DNA of 63,767 bases from Bugula neritina (taxonomy: Eukaryota; Animalia; Bryozoa), in contig CAXIUT010000037.1 in the NCBI GenBank assembly GCA_964035545.1, positions 1 through 63,767 of the forward strand, written 5' to 3'. Each line of letters begins with the position of its first letter. Position 1 is the first letter of the stretch. The notes under the pieces are model-generated. The model was not told where the DNA came from. It made no database searches and saw only the letters and a list, made by a program, of their open reading frames with translations. The translations under genes and the position numbers were made by a program. Of this stretch, positions 1 to 15,100 are shown piece after piece.

Positions 1-81
1 CCCAACCCCAACCCCAACCCCAACCCCAACCCCAACCCCAACCCCAACCCCAACCCCAACCCCAACCCCAACCCCAACCCC
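1..81 (+). repeat. Left telomere (CCCCAA)n
   Basis: Perfect C4A2 array at the window start; Tetrahymena-type telomeric repeat. Confidence 0.98.
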
Positions 82-170
82 ATTATTAAAATATGATATA
101 TTTTTAAATAAACTCATATAAAACTAGACAGATTAATATATTAGATAACATATTATTATTTATTTATGAA

Positions 171-2117
171 ATGTCGAATAACTTCCAAAATATTTATTCT
201 TTGAGACTAGAATTTACTTTTTTTAGCTGATTTGGCTAAAAAAAATCAAATTTAAAATTCTAGGCAATCAATAAAGAGCGACCATCTTAGCTATTTCGAG
301 GTTAGTATAATCGTGAAGATAGGAAAGGTCAATAATAAATCAAAAAGATATTTAATTTATTGTCATAGTTAAGAGAAAGATCATTGAAATAGAAGGAAGA
401 TCATATGTCTACTCAAATAGCAGTTGTAGATATGTCTTAAAAAGATAATGAGGAAAAAAGATATGAGATACGTATTCAGTTTAAAATAAATGATGTCAAA
501 TCGATTTAGGTGATTAGTTTGTCTGTTGATGAAAGCTATTTGATAAAAAAACAATTATTTTATGCTAAAAAAGAGAGATAGTATGATAGATAATTGATTA
601 ATCATTTGGATGAGAAACTTGAGTTATATGATAAAAAGATAGAAAATCAAGGTGATAAAATAAGTAGAGAAACTTAGCTTATGAAGTTAGCTTTAAAATA
701 GAATTATGGAGATTTGATATAAGCAGTTACTACTCAGATAAAGCATGTGTTTAAGAAATAGGAAGATAAATATAAAGGTGATCATTAGATTAAGAAAACA
801 AAATAGATTAGTAAACTTAGAAAAAAGCTTAGAAAAGAAAAGAAAGAAAAAAGAAGAGCTAAAAAGCAAAGGAGAAAATAGAGAAGAAGAAAAAGAAAAC
901 AAATATAATAGTTGTAAAAGATAATTAAAGCTCAAAATAGTGAAGTAACTATGTAACAAGTTTTAGAACTAAAAAAGAAAAAATAAGCAATATAAATAAA
1001 AGATAGTTCTGATTCATCATCACTACGTTAAAAAAATAAACATTTAAATCAATCTTCTGACTCAGATTCTGAGCCAATTAGATAAAGACAATAAATTAAA
1101 GACAAAAAGAATAAACATAAAAAACATCATCATAGAGATCATCATTCTTCTTCTGAAGATATAAATAAGAATTAAGTTAGAGCGACAAATATAAACTATA
1201 TGTCTAAATTGAGGAATAATAGAATGGTATAAATTGTAGATAGTCCTTAGCATATTGACGTAGATAGTGTAGATGAGGGAGATTTAGATGTATTTCGTTC
1301 AAAACTTTAAGAAAAACATCGAAAACTTTAAAAACAAAGACAATCACAAAAATTAAATATACTTAATAGATAGCAAAGAGAACAAGCTTAAGAAAAATAA
1401 AATATAAAAGAAAAGAAAAAAAGTAGAAAAAGAAAAGAAAAATAAGTAGAGCATTAGTAAGGAGAATAAGAATATCTTCGTAGAATAGAGAAACATCGGT
1501 TAACAGGGACGATATAGCCATCTAAATTAGATAGAATTGAACGACTTCATAGAATCATTAAGAATCCAATAGTTCATAAAGACGATTAATTCAACCCATA
1601 ATACAATGGCTAGCCTAAATATAAACCTTATGTCCAATTAAATGAAAATAAATCAATGCGTCCAAACCAAATTTTTACTGGTCGTCTTGATTAGCCTCAA
1701 TCTACAACTAAAAAGATTCCTATATTTTTTAGAACAGATTACCCTTCTTATAAAAGTTTTTAGATCAATAGTAATGTAATAAGGAAAATAGGGGGAGTAG
1801 AATACCAACAATTAGTTTTTGATTATCCTATTCCTACTTCAGGAAAGCACCTGTTGACTATGCGAGTGATGGAGAGCCAGGATTCTTATATTTGGTTTGG
1901 ACTGATTGATCTTCGTGAGAAGGATCGTGAGCAGAGTTATAACAAGAAGAATTGTATATCATTTAGTTTGCAATCTGGACATGTGGTGATAAATGGTAAA
2001 TTTGGTGGTAAGCCAATAGAGCGGGTGAAGATGGGTTTGGCTGTGAGGATGATGATTGATATGGATAGAAATGTGGTTGAGTGGAATGTTAGTGATAATC
2101 GAAGTCGTACTGCTAAG
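171..2117 (+). CDS. Hypothetical coiled-coil protein with C-terminal SPRY-like region, interrupted by an internal telomere tract
   Basis: With TAR=Glu, the frame from ATG171 is the same as the 1854 ORF (YIWFGLID...VRMMIDMDRNVVEW) and runs into the C4A2 tract without a TGA. Confidence 0.7.
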
Positions 2118-2210
2118 CCCAACCCCAACCCCAACCCCAACCCCAACCCCAACCCCAACCCCAACCCCAACCCCAACCCCAACCCCAACCCCAACCCCAA
2201 CCCCAACCCC
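2118..2210 (+). repeat. Internal telomeric tract (93 nt)
   Basis: CCCAA(CCCCAA)n CCCC array. Confidence 0.97.
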
Positions 2211-2314
2211 TTTATTTTAAAAACAAATATGAATCTTAATTGTTTATGTTTTATTTTAAGAAATTATTAGTTGTCTGTGATATAAAATAACTTATATTAA
2301 ATAATTTTATTAGC

Positions 2315-4389
2315 ATGAAGCTACGTACTCAGAGAATTCATCAAATGGGTTCATCAAATCGAGATAAGGAAGTTATTCCTTTTAACTCAACAAGTGTATT
2401 CGAAACAAGTTATATCAAATCGAAATCTAGCTACTACAAGACCACTCAGTCACTTCCTCAGGCCAACATGGAATAGTAAAAAACATAAAAACCTTTCAAA
2501 GGACATAATGTTCAACTAAACACTTTGCGTTGGAATACTAGAGGGAAGAAGAAAGGAAGAGATGCTAAATGGATATTAGAACAGCCAGTCCCACAGTTAG
2601 ATCAAACTTGTCATCTTAATGAGGAAGTCACAGATATTGTTCAGGAGTTTAAAGGAAAAAAGGTCAATATGTATAAGTTGAATCAGCTTAAGCATACTTT
2701 TGTGAAGAATAATAAGGCAAGAAAGTAATTAAAAGGATATTTTAACAGATTCGCAAAGGAAAATAAAATAGGAGTAGAAGAGTTGAAGTAAGTGGTGAAT
2801 GAATATGGATATGATATAACTGAAGATTAGGCAAAAATGATATTTAGATTAACTGGAGCTAAAAATTAAATTGACTTAAAACAGTTTGTAGAGCTAATGT
2901 CAAGAGATAATATCTACTTTTCAACTTTAAAGATAGATGGAGAGTTCGGTAAACCTACAAAACATTTTGAAGAAAGAATTCATATTGTGATTACTAATAA
3001 ATTTCCTAAACTGATGGAGGCTTTTAAGATATATAGAAGTCGAGATTAGCCTATTGATAAAGAAAAGTTTAACTATGTAATGAATAAATTAGATATCAAT
3101 GATTTAGTTATTTCTAAAGTTGAAAGGGAACAATTATTTGAAAAGTTTAAAAATAAAAATGGACATTTCAATGCTTAAGCTCTTTTTGGTGCGATAATAG
3201 AACAACAAAATATTGAAAGACCTGTTTTTCCTCCTAAATTATCAAACTTTGAGTCTAATCTTAAAACTCAAGAATAGATACAGGCCAAAAAAGATAAAAA
3301 ATCCACTAATTTTGATTTAAAAAGAGCAAGCAATCTTCAGTTTTAAAGTCAGTTTTATAAAGCTCAAAAAATACTGAAATAATTAAAAAATCTTGGTCCA
3401 TAAGCAAAATAATTAGTATCTAAAAAAGGTGGTTCTTTAACAAGATAACAATTGTTGAAAGAAACAGAAACTCTTTTGAATTCTAATGGAATTAACTTCA
3501 CTAAGTAGTAATACGATTGTTATTCTTCTTATTTTGATTATAACACTTCATCAAAAATAACAGATAAATAATTCAAGAAATATTTAGCTTAAAGTTAATC
3601 TAATGCCGAAGCACGTTTTGATCGAAGATTAAGAGTACCTGCTCCTGGTGATAATCAAAATTAACAACCAGAATACGATGAAGGCACTGCTCTTGATAGT
3701 ATTAAAAGAATTAGAAATAAACAGTTTTAGCCTGAAACAAAGAAAGTATTCAAGTAGTTTGATAAAGATAAAGATGGATATCTTTCTCGAAGTTAAATCA
3801 AAAATAAGGTTAAAGATATGGCAGTTTTAGAAGGATGGTAGGTATAAAATTTATTAAACTATTTTGATTCAGATGGAAAGGGTTATTTAGATTATTCAGA
3901 ATTTGCCAAGAAATTTGATAATACTAAAGCTCAGACTGATCTTAACTACTATCGATAATAACCTCTATCTAAACTAAAAAGTCACTCTGATTGGCTACAC
4001 ACCAAGAAAATTTCTATTAAATAAGCAAATAGTTCAAGTATTTTTTTAATTATTTAGTGTTCAAAGTGCCTAATAAATATTCTGCATGGCCAGAACGTCT
4101 TAGACACACCGATATGTCTTTGATTCAAGCTCCTTCAAAAGCAGGACAATTTATCTCTGAATTTTAGAGGTTCAACTCTTCATAAAAGCATAATATAGGG
4201 CAATAGTATAAGCAGGAGAAGACGAAAATATATGAGAATAAACTTAAGAGACTGACTAATTGGAATGATAGCCTTCAGCAAAAAATAAGGCAAAAAGATG
4301 AAGCTCATGATAAACGTTGTCAGGCCAATGATTATTCTTTGAGGATGGCAAAAGAGGTGTATGAGGAGAGATGTCATAATCCTATTTGA
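2315..4389 (+). CDS. EF-hand calcium-binding protein
   Basis: EF loops FDKDKDGYLSRSE (E12 encoded by TAA) and FDSDGKGYLDYSEF; 20-nt intron 4038-4057. Confidence 0.85.
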
Positions 4390-4423
4390 TGATGTTTTAT
4401 TTGATAGATAATATAATTATTCA

Positions 4424-5788
4424 ATGTTGAAGAGAAGAAAAAGAATACAAAAATATATCAATGCTCTTAAACTTAAAAAGAAAGGATTATCTATGGAAGA
4501 TATTGACAAACTCAAAATCTAACCAGATAGCGATCAAATCATCCTCCCTAAACAGTAAATGCAACCATAGATACCAGGCACATCTATCCCCAAACTAACT
4601 TTCACTCCATTTGATACAAATCAGATTGACTAGAATAAACCCCTATGGGAAGACCAAGATGATTAGATAAATCTTTCAAAACAAAATAAATTCAAGAAAT
4701 TGCAAATTGATAGTAATACTACATAGCATCAATATGAATAAAGACTTAGACAATTTTATTACAGTAAATATTCTAGAAATAATTGGGCAGTTTAAGGAGA
4801 AGGTGAATATTAAGAGGATTTGAATGATATGCTTAATCATGAAGAAGTTTATCTTTCTAGTCTTAAGAAAAGGTAGATTTTAAAGGTTGATTTTACTGCT
4901 AAAACTAGTGAACATCATGGTTCAATTATTACTGGACTAGATTGGAGAGGAAACGTGATAGCAAGTTGTGGATATGACCAAAAAGTTAAACTTTGGTCTT
5001 TAAATCAAAATGAATTCAATCCTGAATTGAAATTGAAGATGGAAAAGGATGTTTATGTCGAAGGCTATGCATTAAGCAATTGTTTATTTAGGAAAGAATC
5101 AATCGTATTAGGTACTTTAAGACAAAATTATATAACTATTGACTGCTAAAAATGGAAAATGAACAAGTTAGGTTCTTCTTTTCTCAATATTCATCCTTCA
5201 TTTCAGTATATTCGTCAAAATTCATAAAAGAGTTAACTTTTAATATTTTCAGACAATAAAATAAGTATTTTAGACAAAAATAACACTTTTGCTGGTAATC
5301 TTATAGCCAATCAACAACTATAAGATGTTCAATTTACAAATAATAGGGTTTTAGGTATTTCAAAAGATTGTCTTTTTGAATGGGATACACGAACCTGGAG
5401 ATTAGTCAATAGACATCTTCTTTATAGAAACTTTACCAAACTTTGCATCAACCAAGACAATGTAGCGATAGGCAATAAACTTGGAATTGTCGATCTTTCT
5501 ACTGTCAACTAAAAATATAACTCTTATGCGTAGGTAGCAGCTCTGGTAACTCATGTAACTGAGTTAAAAGGCAACAAAGAGGGAAATTTGATGGTTAAAT
5601 GTTCTAAATGGAAAAGAAATGCTGTGAGATTGATAGATGTGCATAAAGGTAGAGTGATTGCTGGATGGCCTACAGTAAACACAAAGATAGGAATGCCTAC
5701 TGTGGCAGGATTTTCAACTGGAAATCAATTGTGTATTGGTAATACTAATGGGTACTTAAATTTCTTTGGGATATCTAGCTCAGAATGA
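4424..5788 (+). CDS. UTP18: U3 snoRNA-associated WD40 protein UTP18
   Basis: KPLWEDQDD, YEERLRQFY and C-terminal SKWKRNAVRLI...GWPT...FS...IGN match UTP18 motifs. Confidence 0.85.
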
Positions 5789-5834
5789 TTAATTATATGC
5801 TTGATTATAAATAAATAATAATGATTCATATAAT

Positions 5835-6836
5835 ATGTTTCTGATAAGAAAGATTAGCTTTTGGAAAGGTATTGATAAAGAAGCTCGAGTAGTATTCTTT
5901 GGATCAGGTAAAGTTGCTCTTCCTTCTCTTAAATATTTACATCAAAACTTTAATAATTTGTCAGTAGTTACTCAACATGCTCAAAAACAAAAAAAAGTTG
6001 CTAATTAGGTCTAACTCTTTTGTAGATAAAATTCTCTTAACTGGTCTTCTCCTATAACTAATAGAACTGATAAAGATGTACGAAAGTAAGAATGGACATA
6101 ATTTTTAAAAACATTAGGACCAGTAGATTTTGGTATAATTTGTTCATATGGGTATTTGCTTCCCTCAAGAACAATCAAACGTTTCTCAAATGGAATGATC
6201 GTTATTCATCCATCTTTATTACCTAAATATAGAGGTGGGGCGCCTATTTTCCATGCTATTGCTAATGGAGACTAAAAATCAGGAATTAGTTATATCTAAG
6301 TAAGCCATAATTCATTTGATAAAGGAAGTATTTTACATCAAGTTTAATGTGAGATCAGTCAAACTTCAATGTATAAATAAATATAACAACAATTAGCTTA
6401 AGAAGCAGCAAAGAATCTTTCATTTGTTTTAAACAATATTAATGAATTAAGACCGGGAAAATCTCAATAAAATTAGGAAAACAATATTCCAAAAGAATTA
6501 ACTCAAGCTCCATTAGTAACATCAAATAATTTTGATATCAAAAGACCAGCTTAAGTAGTTTACAACTGGAGCAGAGCTATCGAAACTCCTTTAGTACATT
6601 TTCTTGCCAAAGATAAGGAATTAATATTGAAATTTATTCCATAATATCTCTAAGGATAGGGTGAAATTGGTTCATTTAAGGTGGTGAGTAAACGTCTTTA
6701 TCTTCGTTGTTCAGATAAGTTTATTCGAGTCAAAAGTTGGTATGAACCAACTCGTTCATAACAACGACCAGGTATATTCATAGCATAATTTATAAAAAGT
6801 GGGAAATATCCTATTGAATTAGTGAAAGTAAAATGA
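5835..6836 (+). CDS. FMT: Methionyl-tRNA formyltransferase, probably mitochondrial
   Basis: RVVFFGS, CSYGYLLP, HPSLLPKYRGGAPI, FDKG motifs. Confidence 0.93.
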
Positions 6837-6856
6837 TATTGATATTCTATTATTAT

Positions 6857-8035
6857 TCATACACAATCACGTAGTTAGAGCATATCTTGTAGAAGGTCAT
6901 CATCGAAATCAGGAAATATTTTAAGTGCAATCTGAAGATACATTTATTTTAGTTAAAGTATCTTTCTGGAAACTATATCTATTTCAGTAACAGATTGATT
7001 TTCGTAAGTTGATTGAAATAGAATCATTCCATCATAGTCGTGTTATTTTGTTTTATTGAGATAGTTTGAAATTTATTGATCAACAACTTATATTTTTTCT
7101 TAGCTATTATGCATGAATATCAATGGAGGCTTTGCTTATTTTTCTGAATGACTTTAGATTTTAAAAATAGTATACTAATTTAAAAAGAAAACTTCTGAAA
7201 GCTATCTTTACGAACATGGTATTTTAAATTTAGCTTCTCTCATTGTTTTATTTTCATAATTTATAACAAAAAGTGCACTTTGTTAAAGTTTAATATGTTT
7301 TTATCTGATGTTATTACTGGGTATTCCAATCATTAAAATTTATTTTCTTTTGATTTCCCATAAAGCATCACTTCTAATAAATAAATACTAATTATAGATA
7401 TCTTGAGGAATTTATATTTTTAACTTTTTTATCTGACTCGAAGCTTCACTACCTATCATTTTGATTTAGTGTAAATATATCTCAATATATTTATAGTATT
7501 TCCTGGAATGCCAAGCTACCATGGAATGATTATTAACTTTACTAACAAGATTTTAAGGATGGTATTGATTGGGTTCTGTTTTATACCTGAGAATTGGTTT
7601 TAAATCTGATTAGATATTTTTTCCAAAATAAGTTAGAGTCAGCTATGTTTTATCAAAATTTTAGTATTCTTTAAAGCATATCATCTATGAATCTCCAAAT
7701 CGATAAATATCTAAATAATCAAAGTTATTCATCAAAAAAACATATCCTACATTATTTTTTGTATTATTTTTGATGTTAATAATATTTATCATGCTCTATT
7801 CAACTAAAGGAACAAGTATGAGATACTCTTGTAACATTAAAAACATATTTATAGTTGATTTAAAGATATATCTATTAATTATTTTACCTTAATGATTTAC
7901 ATGGATGATAGTCTCATTCTCACTTTCATCTTAAAGAGCAAGCATCATATAAGTATTGTTGTAACTTGGAGATAGTTGTAATATTTTAAAGATTTACTTT
8001 GTAAAGGTCAACCTTGTGTTTTATTTCAGAATCAT
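6857..8035 (-). CDS. Hypothetical protein with a possible CUE-like C-terminus
   Basis: ATG-to-TGA frame of 393 codons; ends LKIFPDFDDDLLQDMLELRDCV. Confidence 0.65.
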
Positions 8036-8126
8036 AAAATTTATAATATACTTAAACTTAGATATATTTATAATTTTAATATTGTAAGCTCTTTAACGTT
8101 TCATGATTTAAAATGTATAAACTTCA

Positions 8127-11100
8127 TCAAGAGTTTTCTTACTAAGAAGCATCCAATGCCTTAGTTGTTTCTCCTTTCTTTTTGGCTTTGAATTCCTAAA
8201 CCATCTGCTTCTTCTCAGCTTGAGATCTTTCTAGTTTTTTCCTCTGCTCTTCTTTTCTTCTTTTTTATTATGATTTTTCTCTTTATTTTTTCTCTTTTTC
8301 TTCTTATTATTTTTGCCTCTTTAATTCCTATATTTTTCTTTTAGTTTAATCATTTTATCTTTTTTTCCTCTCTGCTTCAGCTTTATCTTTCTCCATTTTT
8401 GATTGCTTACTGGCCTTTTGAGCTTATTAGTCTTCTTTCTTTTTTTAATTATATTCTTCAAGTTTTTGTTTGAGTTATTTTTATCTTCTTTACTTTCTCT
8501 ATTTGATTTTTCTTTTTTATTCTTCCTTCTGATCTCTTTCTTCTTGAAGTTTTCTATTTTTTTCTTATTTAGACTCTTTATAGGTTTACATTGATGTTTT
8601 CAATTGTCTTGTAGCATTTAATCTCTTCATTTCAGCAGCTTCTTTAAGTTTTCTCATTTATTCCTCTTTTTATTTTTTACTTTTTAAAGCTGGATTCATA
8701 TGTTTTAATCCTATCTCTTCATGATTTAATTCAATAGCATGCATAATATCTGAAACTACAAGAGCAGCTTCTTTAGCTATAGGTCTTTCTTTCATTGGAA
8801 ATTTAGATACCTCCTTTTTCAGATGAATGGGCAGATGTTTTGTTTATATTTATCCTTTATTCCAATCTAAGGCATAAACAGTTGGTCTAGCCCGATTGAT
8901 TTTAACTTCACTTACAAAGGGTTCAATTATATGAAATTTTAAAGCCTAGAATAAAATTTCATCAATTACTTCATAAACATCTTTATAAGTGGGACTCATA
9001 GCCTCCAAAAATATTTTATGATCAAAAACTACTCTGTTTTATGTGATCTTTTTATACCCTTACGGTAAAATATAATCAGGATTTTATTGTAAACGTTTAT
9101 TAAGTAATTTAACAGCTTCTTCTTATCCTACAAACATAGCATCAGGTTATTCAAAAAGCTGAACATTAACTCTATTCTCAGAAGCATAGAGTTTAAAAGT
9201 AGAAAATATTTAATCTAACATCTCACCGACAGGTTTTCCTCGGAAGTCTTTGGGTGGTCGTGTGTACATTACGAAAGCCATTTGTACAAAAAACTATTTA
9301 AATCCTTAGAAGTCAAGTAGTTAAGGATCATCTCTTGAAACATTTCTTTTGTAATTAACTCTACGGCACAAAGTTACAATTTATCTTGGTGTTATGAGAG
9401 AATCCAATCCATGATCTTTGAGCATCTTGAAAATCAAACTTGAATGCAATAAATAAGCCTTATTACTAATTTAATCAAAATATTTTGTATGAAATCCATG
9501 TTTTTGACTACTATAATTATGGAAATAAACTTTTAAAGCTTTCTAATACTTTTTTATTGCTTGTTAAACACCTTGCCCATCTCTTTCTTCTTCAGCTTCA
9601 TTACTGTAAAAATTCAAATATAACTGATTACTTTAGGCATATACTTACTTTGAGTTGAATTCAAAAAGATAGTGAATATCTCCTTCATTAACTCCTTTAA
9701 ATTTAAGTCCTCTTTACATTGCTACCTTTTTCTCCATAATCTTTTTTTGTTTGGCTTTCTGCTCTTATGCCTGTAAAAGTTGATACCTTTTAGATTATTC
9801 AGCCATTGCTTTAAGTTGATGATGTTTAGCATATTTTTATACACCCATATAAGCATCTTGTTTTACTTGAGCAAGTGAAAGACTCATTGGGTGTAAAGGA
9901 TCTGCATTTGAATTTCTTTTTTAAGTGCTTTTTATAAAATTACTTCCTTATTCTGTTGTATCTCTTTATAAATCAGAAGAACGAATCGCAGAAGGAGAGT
10001 TTATTACTTTTGGAGATTTTAGTGAGACATTTTTTATTCTTGATTTATTATTTTTTATTGGTTCAGGCTATAATTATTTTTAATATTTTGCCAGTAGTTT
10101 AGTTGGATCTCCTAGAAGAGCAACAATTTTCTCTAATCCTTTGGAATGATCTTTTCCAAAAGCTTAAAGTTGTAAGCAACTGAAACAAAGAAGAGGTTAT
10201 ATTCCTTCATTAATATCTTTATTGCCTAACTCAATGACTCTTTTTAAGAAAAATTCTATCTCTAGCATTTTTAATTTCGAGGTCGCATCATCTCCATCTA
10301 GTTTAGATTTATGACTGAGAGGTTTCCTCTTTTCTGTACTTTTCTTAGCACTTGCAAAATATAAAGCCAGGCATACTTTAACTAATTTTCCTGTCATATC
10401 TATCAGTATTTCTTCTTATTTAAAGTTTTCTATAATTTGTATCAATAAAATGGCAAGTTATCTTCCTAATCCGGTTTATTCGACAAAAGATCGACTGACT
10501 AAATTATAAATAGCAACTGCAACTCTAGCTTCTACATCACTTGCCAATGTTTTTATAAATAATAATATTTCTAATTGTTCTACTTTTGGTTCTGATCTTT
10601 GGGACAAAGCTTCAACTATAGGAGCTGGTGGAATAGAAGGTAAATCAGTTAGTAAATTAATAAAACCATACATTAGTACATCATACTCATTTTATCCAGC
10701 ATTTGCTAGTCTTGCAGTTAGTAATTTGAATAGAATAGGAGCCAGAGGATACTTTTATTGACCTGTTACTTCTAGCAATCCAAAGAAAAGATGTACAAGT
10801 TCAATATTAGCTGCTTCCTTTGAAAGAATAATATCTTTGGCTGACATCATAAGTGCTTATCCGCAATATGAATCAAAAGTATTAAAATCTGTTGTTGCGA
10901 TCTCCAGACAACAAGTTAAACTACTCAATGCTGAATCAGGATCTTTAATCACACTAGTCATTTGTTATATTATTTTACTAAATACTTAAGATTAAATAAA
11001 TTAATTTTTCCTTCCTTTTCGATTGTAGATTTTCCATAATGAAATGAATAAAGTAGCTAGGTCATTTTTAGATGTATTTTAATACATTTAATTTACAATA

Positions 11101-11955
11101 GAAAGGTTAAAATCACTAATTTCCAAGATAAATTAGACCACTTTATCTGAAAGTTGCTTATGTCGACGAATAATCAACATCAAAGTAGCGACCAAATGTT
11201 CTTCCAATAATCTGACTCTTATTTCTTACTCATATGTTTCAAGAAATGAAAAAGTTAAGTTTAAAGTGGTATCAGCTACTGATTAGGATTTTGATATAAG
11301 AGCTGGTTTGATAGATTTTAAGAAAAATACTTAATTTTATTTATTTTTTGCAAAATTTACTATTTTGGATAATTGTCTGGTGAATTCTACCATCAATGAT
11401 TCAACAGGTTTAAAATCACCTTTTAGACCTTTAGCAAGGATATGTGCCAAGTATTTACTATCATTTGACAAAAGAGATAAAGCTTCTTTTGGAGATAATA
11501 CAAAATGTCGAATAATTGACAGTAAAAATAGCTCAAGTAGAGACTAAGCATCTTTGATTTCTTTTCTAGGATCAATATCTTTGAGGTTGATTTATGCTAA
11601 ATATCAATAAAAATACTTTCTTTGGTAGACCTTTGATGTATTTCTCTCAATTTACTTATGATTTTGAAGACCAACTCATGGTTTCCATTTATAATTTTAC
11701 TTTTTTCATCTTGAGTTAACTTAATGCTTAATCGTTTAAGATATTATCTATATGATTTGTTTATTACATGATGATATTCCAATTAGATACTCTAGTGATG
11801 GCTGAGTTTCCATCTTGCAGTTATATTTTAGCATCTCTGTCAATTGCCTTAAGAAGATTAGTCACTGTGCGTCCATTTTCGAGATCTTGACTTGTAAAGT
11901 TTTGAGCTACACCCATTGAAGTCAGCCATTCAGATATTTCTGGGTCACGATTCAT
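8127..11955 (-). CDS. Large hypothetical protein: CH-like N-terminus, helical body, K/E-rich coiled-coil tail
   Basis: N-terminal EWL...RVSNWNII; two 20-nt introns (11748-11767, 11597-11616) restore a 1263-codon frame. Confidence 0.75.
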
Positions 11956-12147
11956 TTTGATAAGTTTCTATTTCAATATAAATAATGAAGATAAACGATC
12001 ATAGTAGAAATATAAAAAATATTAAAGTGAAAATCAAATAGAAATAGAGGATTTATTATATTTAAACTATCAATATCCTTGAAAAAAACTTATTTAAAAT
12101 ACCCATATTATTTATAGATCATAAAAACTTTAAATTTGATATTAAGC

Positions 12148-15100
12148 ATGGCTTAGATCACCCTTACCAAATAGTAAAAATAGTTCAACAAGCAGCTTAA
12201 TCAACATCTTGAAAGATATCTTTCGCTCAGAGATTGGTCTTAACTTGCAGCTTGGCTAAATAAACTTAAACATCAGTTTGCATAGAAAAAATGTATCGTT
12301 CAAGATAAAAATATTCTACAAACTTTATTGAAACGTCTGGCCACAAGTCTTAATGGAGCATTGCCAGTTGCTCTTCATGAGGCTACTCTTGAATTATACG
12401 AAATGCTTTTTCAGCAGTCGATCATTTCAGGTACATATCGTCAGAATTAGCTTAATAACTTCCCACCACTTGCATTGGAATTTTTTCATTTTTCACACAA
12501 GCTAATGGAAAAAATAAAATAAGGATAGTATAATTATTTGCAAAATATCTACCAAAATTTGGGACTGATATTCAAGTACTAGCTACAGGATTGATAATCA
12601 CAATCTTGCCTTCTCTTAATGAAATGCATTAAACTTTAGTTAGATAGGTCAACAATTTACTTGATCTATTGGCTAAACCTGAATATATTGGCTTAGAAAC
12701 ACTGAACTAAACTATTTGGGTAGCTATTCTAAGATCACCTTCATGTCGTGTGGCTGGACTAAAATATATTTCTGCAAAATTAGGTCGAGGTTTTTAAGAA
12801 GAAGAAAAAGATGAATAAGATAATTTTTGGAATGAGCCTTCAAGTATGAAAAAAATGGAATAGGTTTAATAATAAAGAAGTCCTGGCACAAAGATTAAAG
12901 AAAGTGATTTTAAGGAATTACTCAGATAATATTGTCCAAGAATATAAACTTTAGTAATAAATGCCTTGACTCTGTGTATTGAAGACAGTAATATTCTAGC
13001 AATTAAATCTGGTCTTGATTTCTTATATAAATATTTACCTCTTCGTAGTGATGTTCTTGAAGATCAAGGAAAGACAAGAATGACAAAATGCGTTGTTTGG
13101 TTACTTGGAAGAAGAGATACTTCTGTTACTAGAAAAATCAATCTTTGGCTTTTTGGAAAGCCAGATGATTAAAATAAATATAATATTCAAGAAAAAACAA
13201 CTTTATTTTGTCATAGATGCACTTATTGGATTTCTTCAAGGAGATAATCAAATAGAACCCATTAAAATAGCTTTTAACTTACTTACTTAACATGAATAAA
13301 TACCTAAAATGGTTCTCAGGGAGCTAACTCCTCATCTTCTTTAGTTTTGTAGAAAACAATAAAATAATCCTTAATCAATTAAAATTATGCATAGATTAAT
13401 ATAAAGATTACAATCTCATCTGTATTTTGTTTCTTAGTCTATTTCTTAAGGAGTATTTAAAGCAATTTAACATCATGATTACCCTACAGCTCAAAAATTA
13501 CTTAATCTATCTGTTTTCTTTCTCAATAAGATTCTTAAACCATAATAACAAAAATCTCATATAAGACCATTTCTCAACATGCTTCTTGAATCCTCAGTAA
13601 GATCTAAATGGGAAAATAATTAGTTTTCAAGAGTAGCTCTCAAACAAAGTTTATAAATGATTGAAAAATATAAATAACAGCTTAAATAATCTCCTCTCAC
13701 TTCTCAAGAATAAACCTTATTAGAAGGACATGCTAAACTATATGCATAACTTATCTAAAAGGCAAAATAAAAGGAACTCTAGGGAAAATTACTTGAAGAG
13801 TAAATATATTTAGTTAGCAGATTGCTCGTTAAATCTGAATAAATTTTTAAGGTTTTCAGTTAGAACTGGGTAACAACTTTACTTGACAATTTAGCCTTAA
13901 CAAGTCCTCAACATTTTCTTTCACCTATATAGATAATAGGATAGGCATTAGAAAGATAAGGAAATTTAAAGAAATCTATCATTTATCGAGCAGAAGATTC
14001 TTCGAAAAATAATTGTATTCGCGTTAGTCTTAGCAAGATCTGGGGTATTCTTTCTCTTGGTCATTTGCAAAGTAAAGTTATTCCTCTCTTGATAAGAATG
14101 GTTAAATATTTTTCCTTCTTTCTTTTAGCAATTACTTGATTCAGAATTTGCTCAGAGCGGTTAACTTGCAATTATTAAGTTTCGTCTTTTTTGGTAGGTT
14201 AGTCCTAAATATCCCTATATTATGAGTACAGATCAAGTTTAATAATCAAACAAATATGGACTATTTCGAATGCTAGAATTTCTTGACTCAGGCAATCCTC
14301 TTGTAAAATATCATTCTCACTTATGGATTACATAAGCTTATCAATCTTATCATCGGGTTCTCAATCCTATTCTTTAAATATGCTTAAACCTAAAAATTGT
14401 TGGTATAAAACTCCTCAAGGTCAATATATATATGCTATTTAACCCTAAACGAAACGGATTATTGAATCTTTGAGATATATCAAATCTCTGGTAAGACTTG
14501 TTTCCTTAACAGTTCAATAAATATGCCTTTAAGCCATTAACGACCAAAATATTACCTTATTATCGCATTTTCAGAGGATAAGATCCTTCTGTTAATGAAC
14601 ATGAGGAAGTCCCTTACATTGCTCCTCTTCTATAATTAATAGTTCGTTTCACATAAAGTAAATTCGTTGGTGGAGACAACAAAGGAGTTGATCTTGCAGC
14701 TTGTGAACTGCTATAAACAATTACTCAAGTTACTAATACATATGAATTAAGTGGTTATTTATTGAAAAATCACTTTCGAAGTATTTAAGATCTTTACATT
14801 TTGCAACAGTGAATGAATAGCATTTACTTCAAATACAATTGCTGAGTTTATTGAGGTTAATTTTGGTCGGATCTAATGTAAAAAGGCTCAGTGATGGAAG
14901 TATTCTGACAGACATAATAGTTCATTAATCGTTTTCTTCTACTATTCTTGAAGGAGTTGGTTCTTCATTTCCTTATATTAAACAGAGATTTGTTTTGGTT
15001 TTTGAATGAATGTATTCCTTTGATATTAGAACGTCATTCTAATTGTAGTGAGGTAGTTAGTCGAGTCTTTAATACTTATACCAATAAAATAGCTTATGCT

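Noticed and set aside
1937-2206. Poly-GL and poly-PN ORFs (also poly-PT at 33745-33936)
   Set aside because: They are translations of telomeric repeats.
9624-9648. Possible 18- or 21-nt intron in the large minus-strand gene
   Set aside because: The frame reads through sensibly and no intron is needed.
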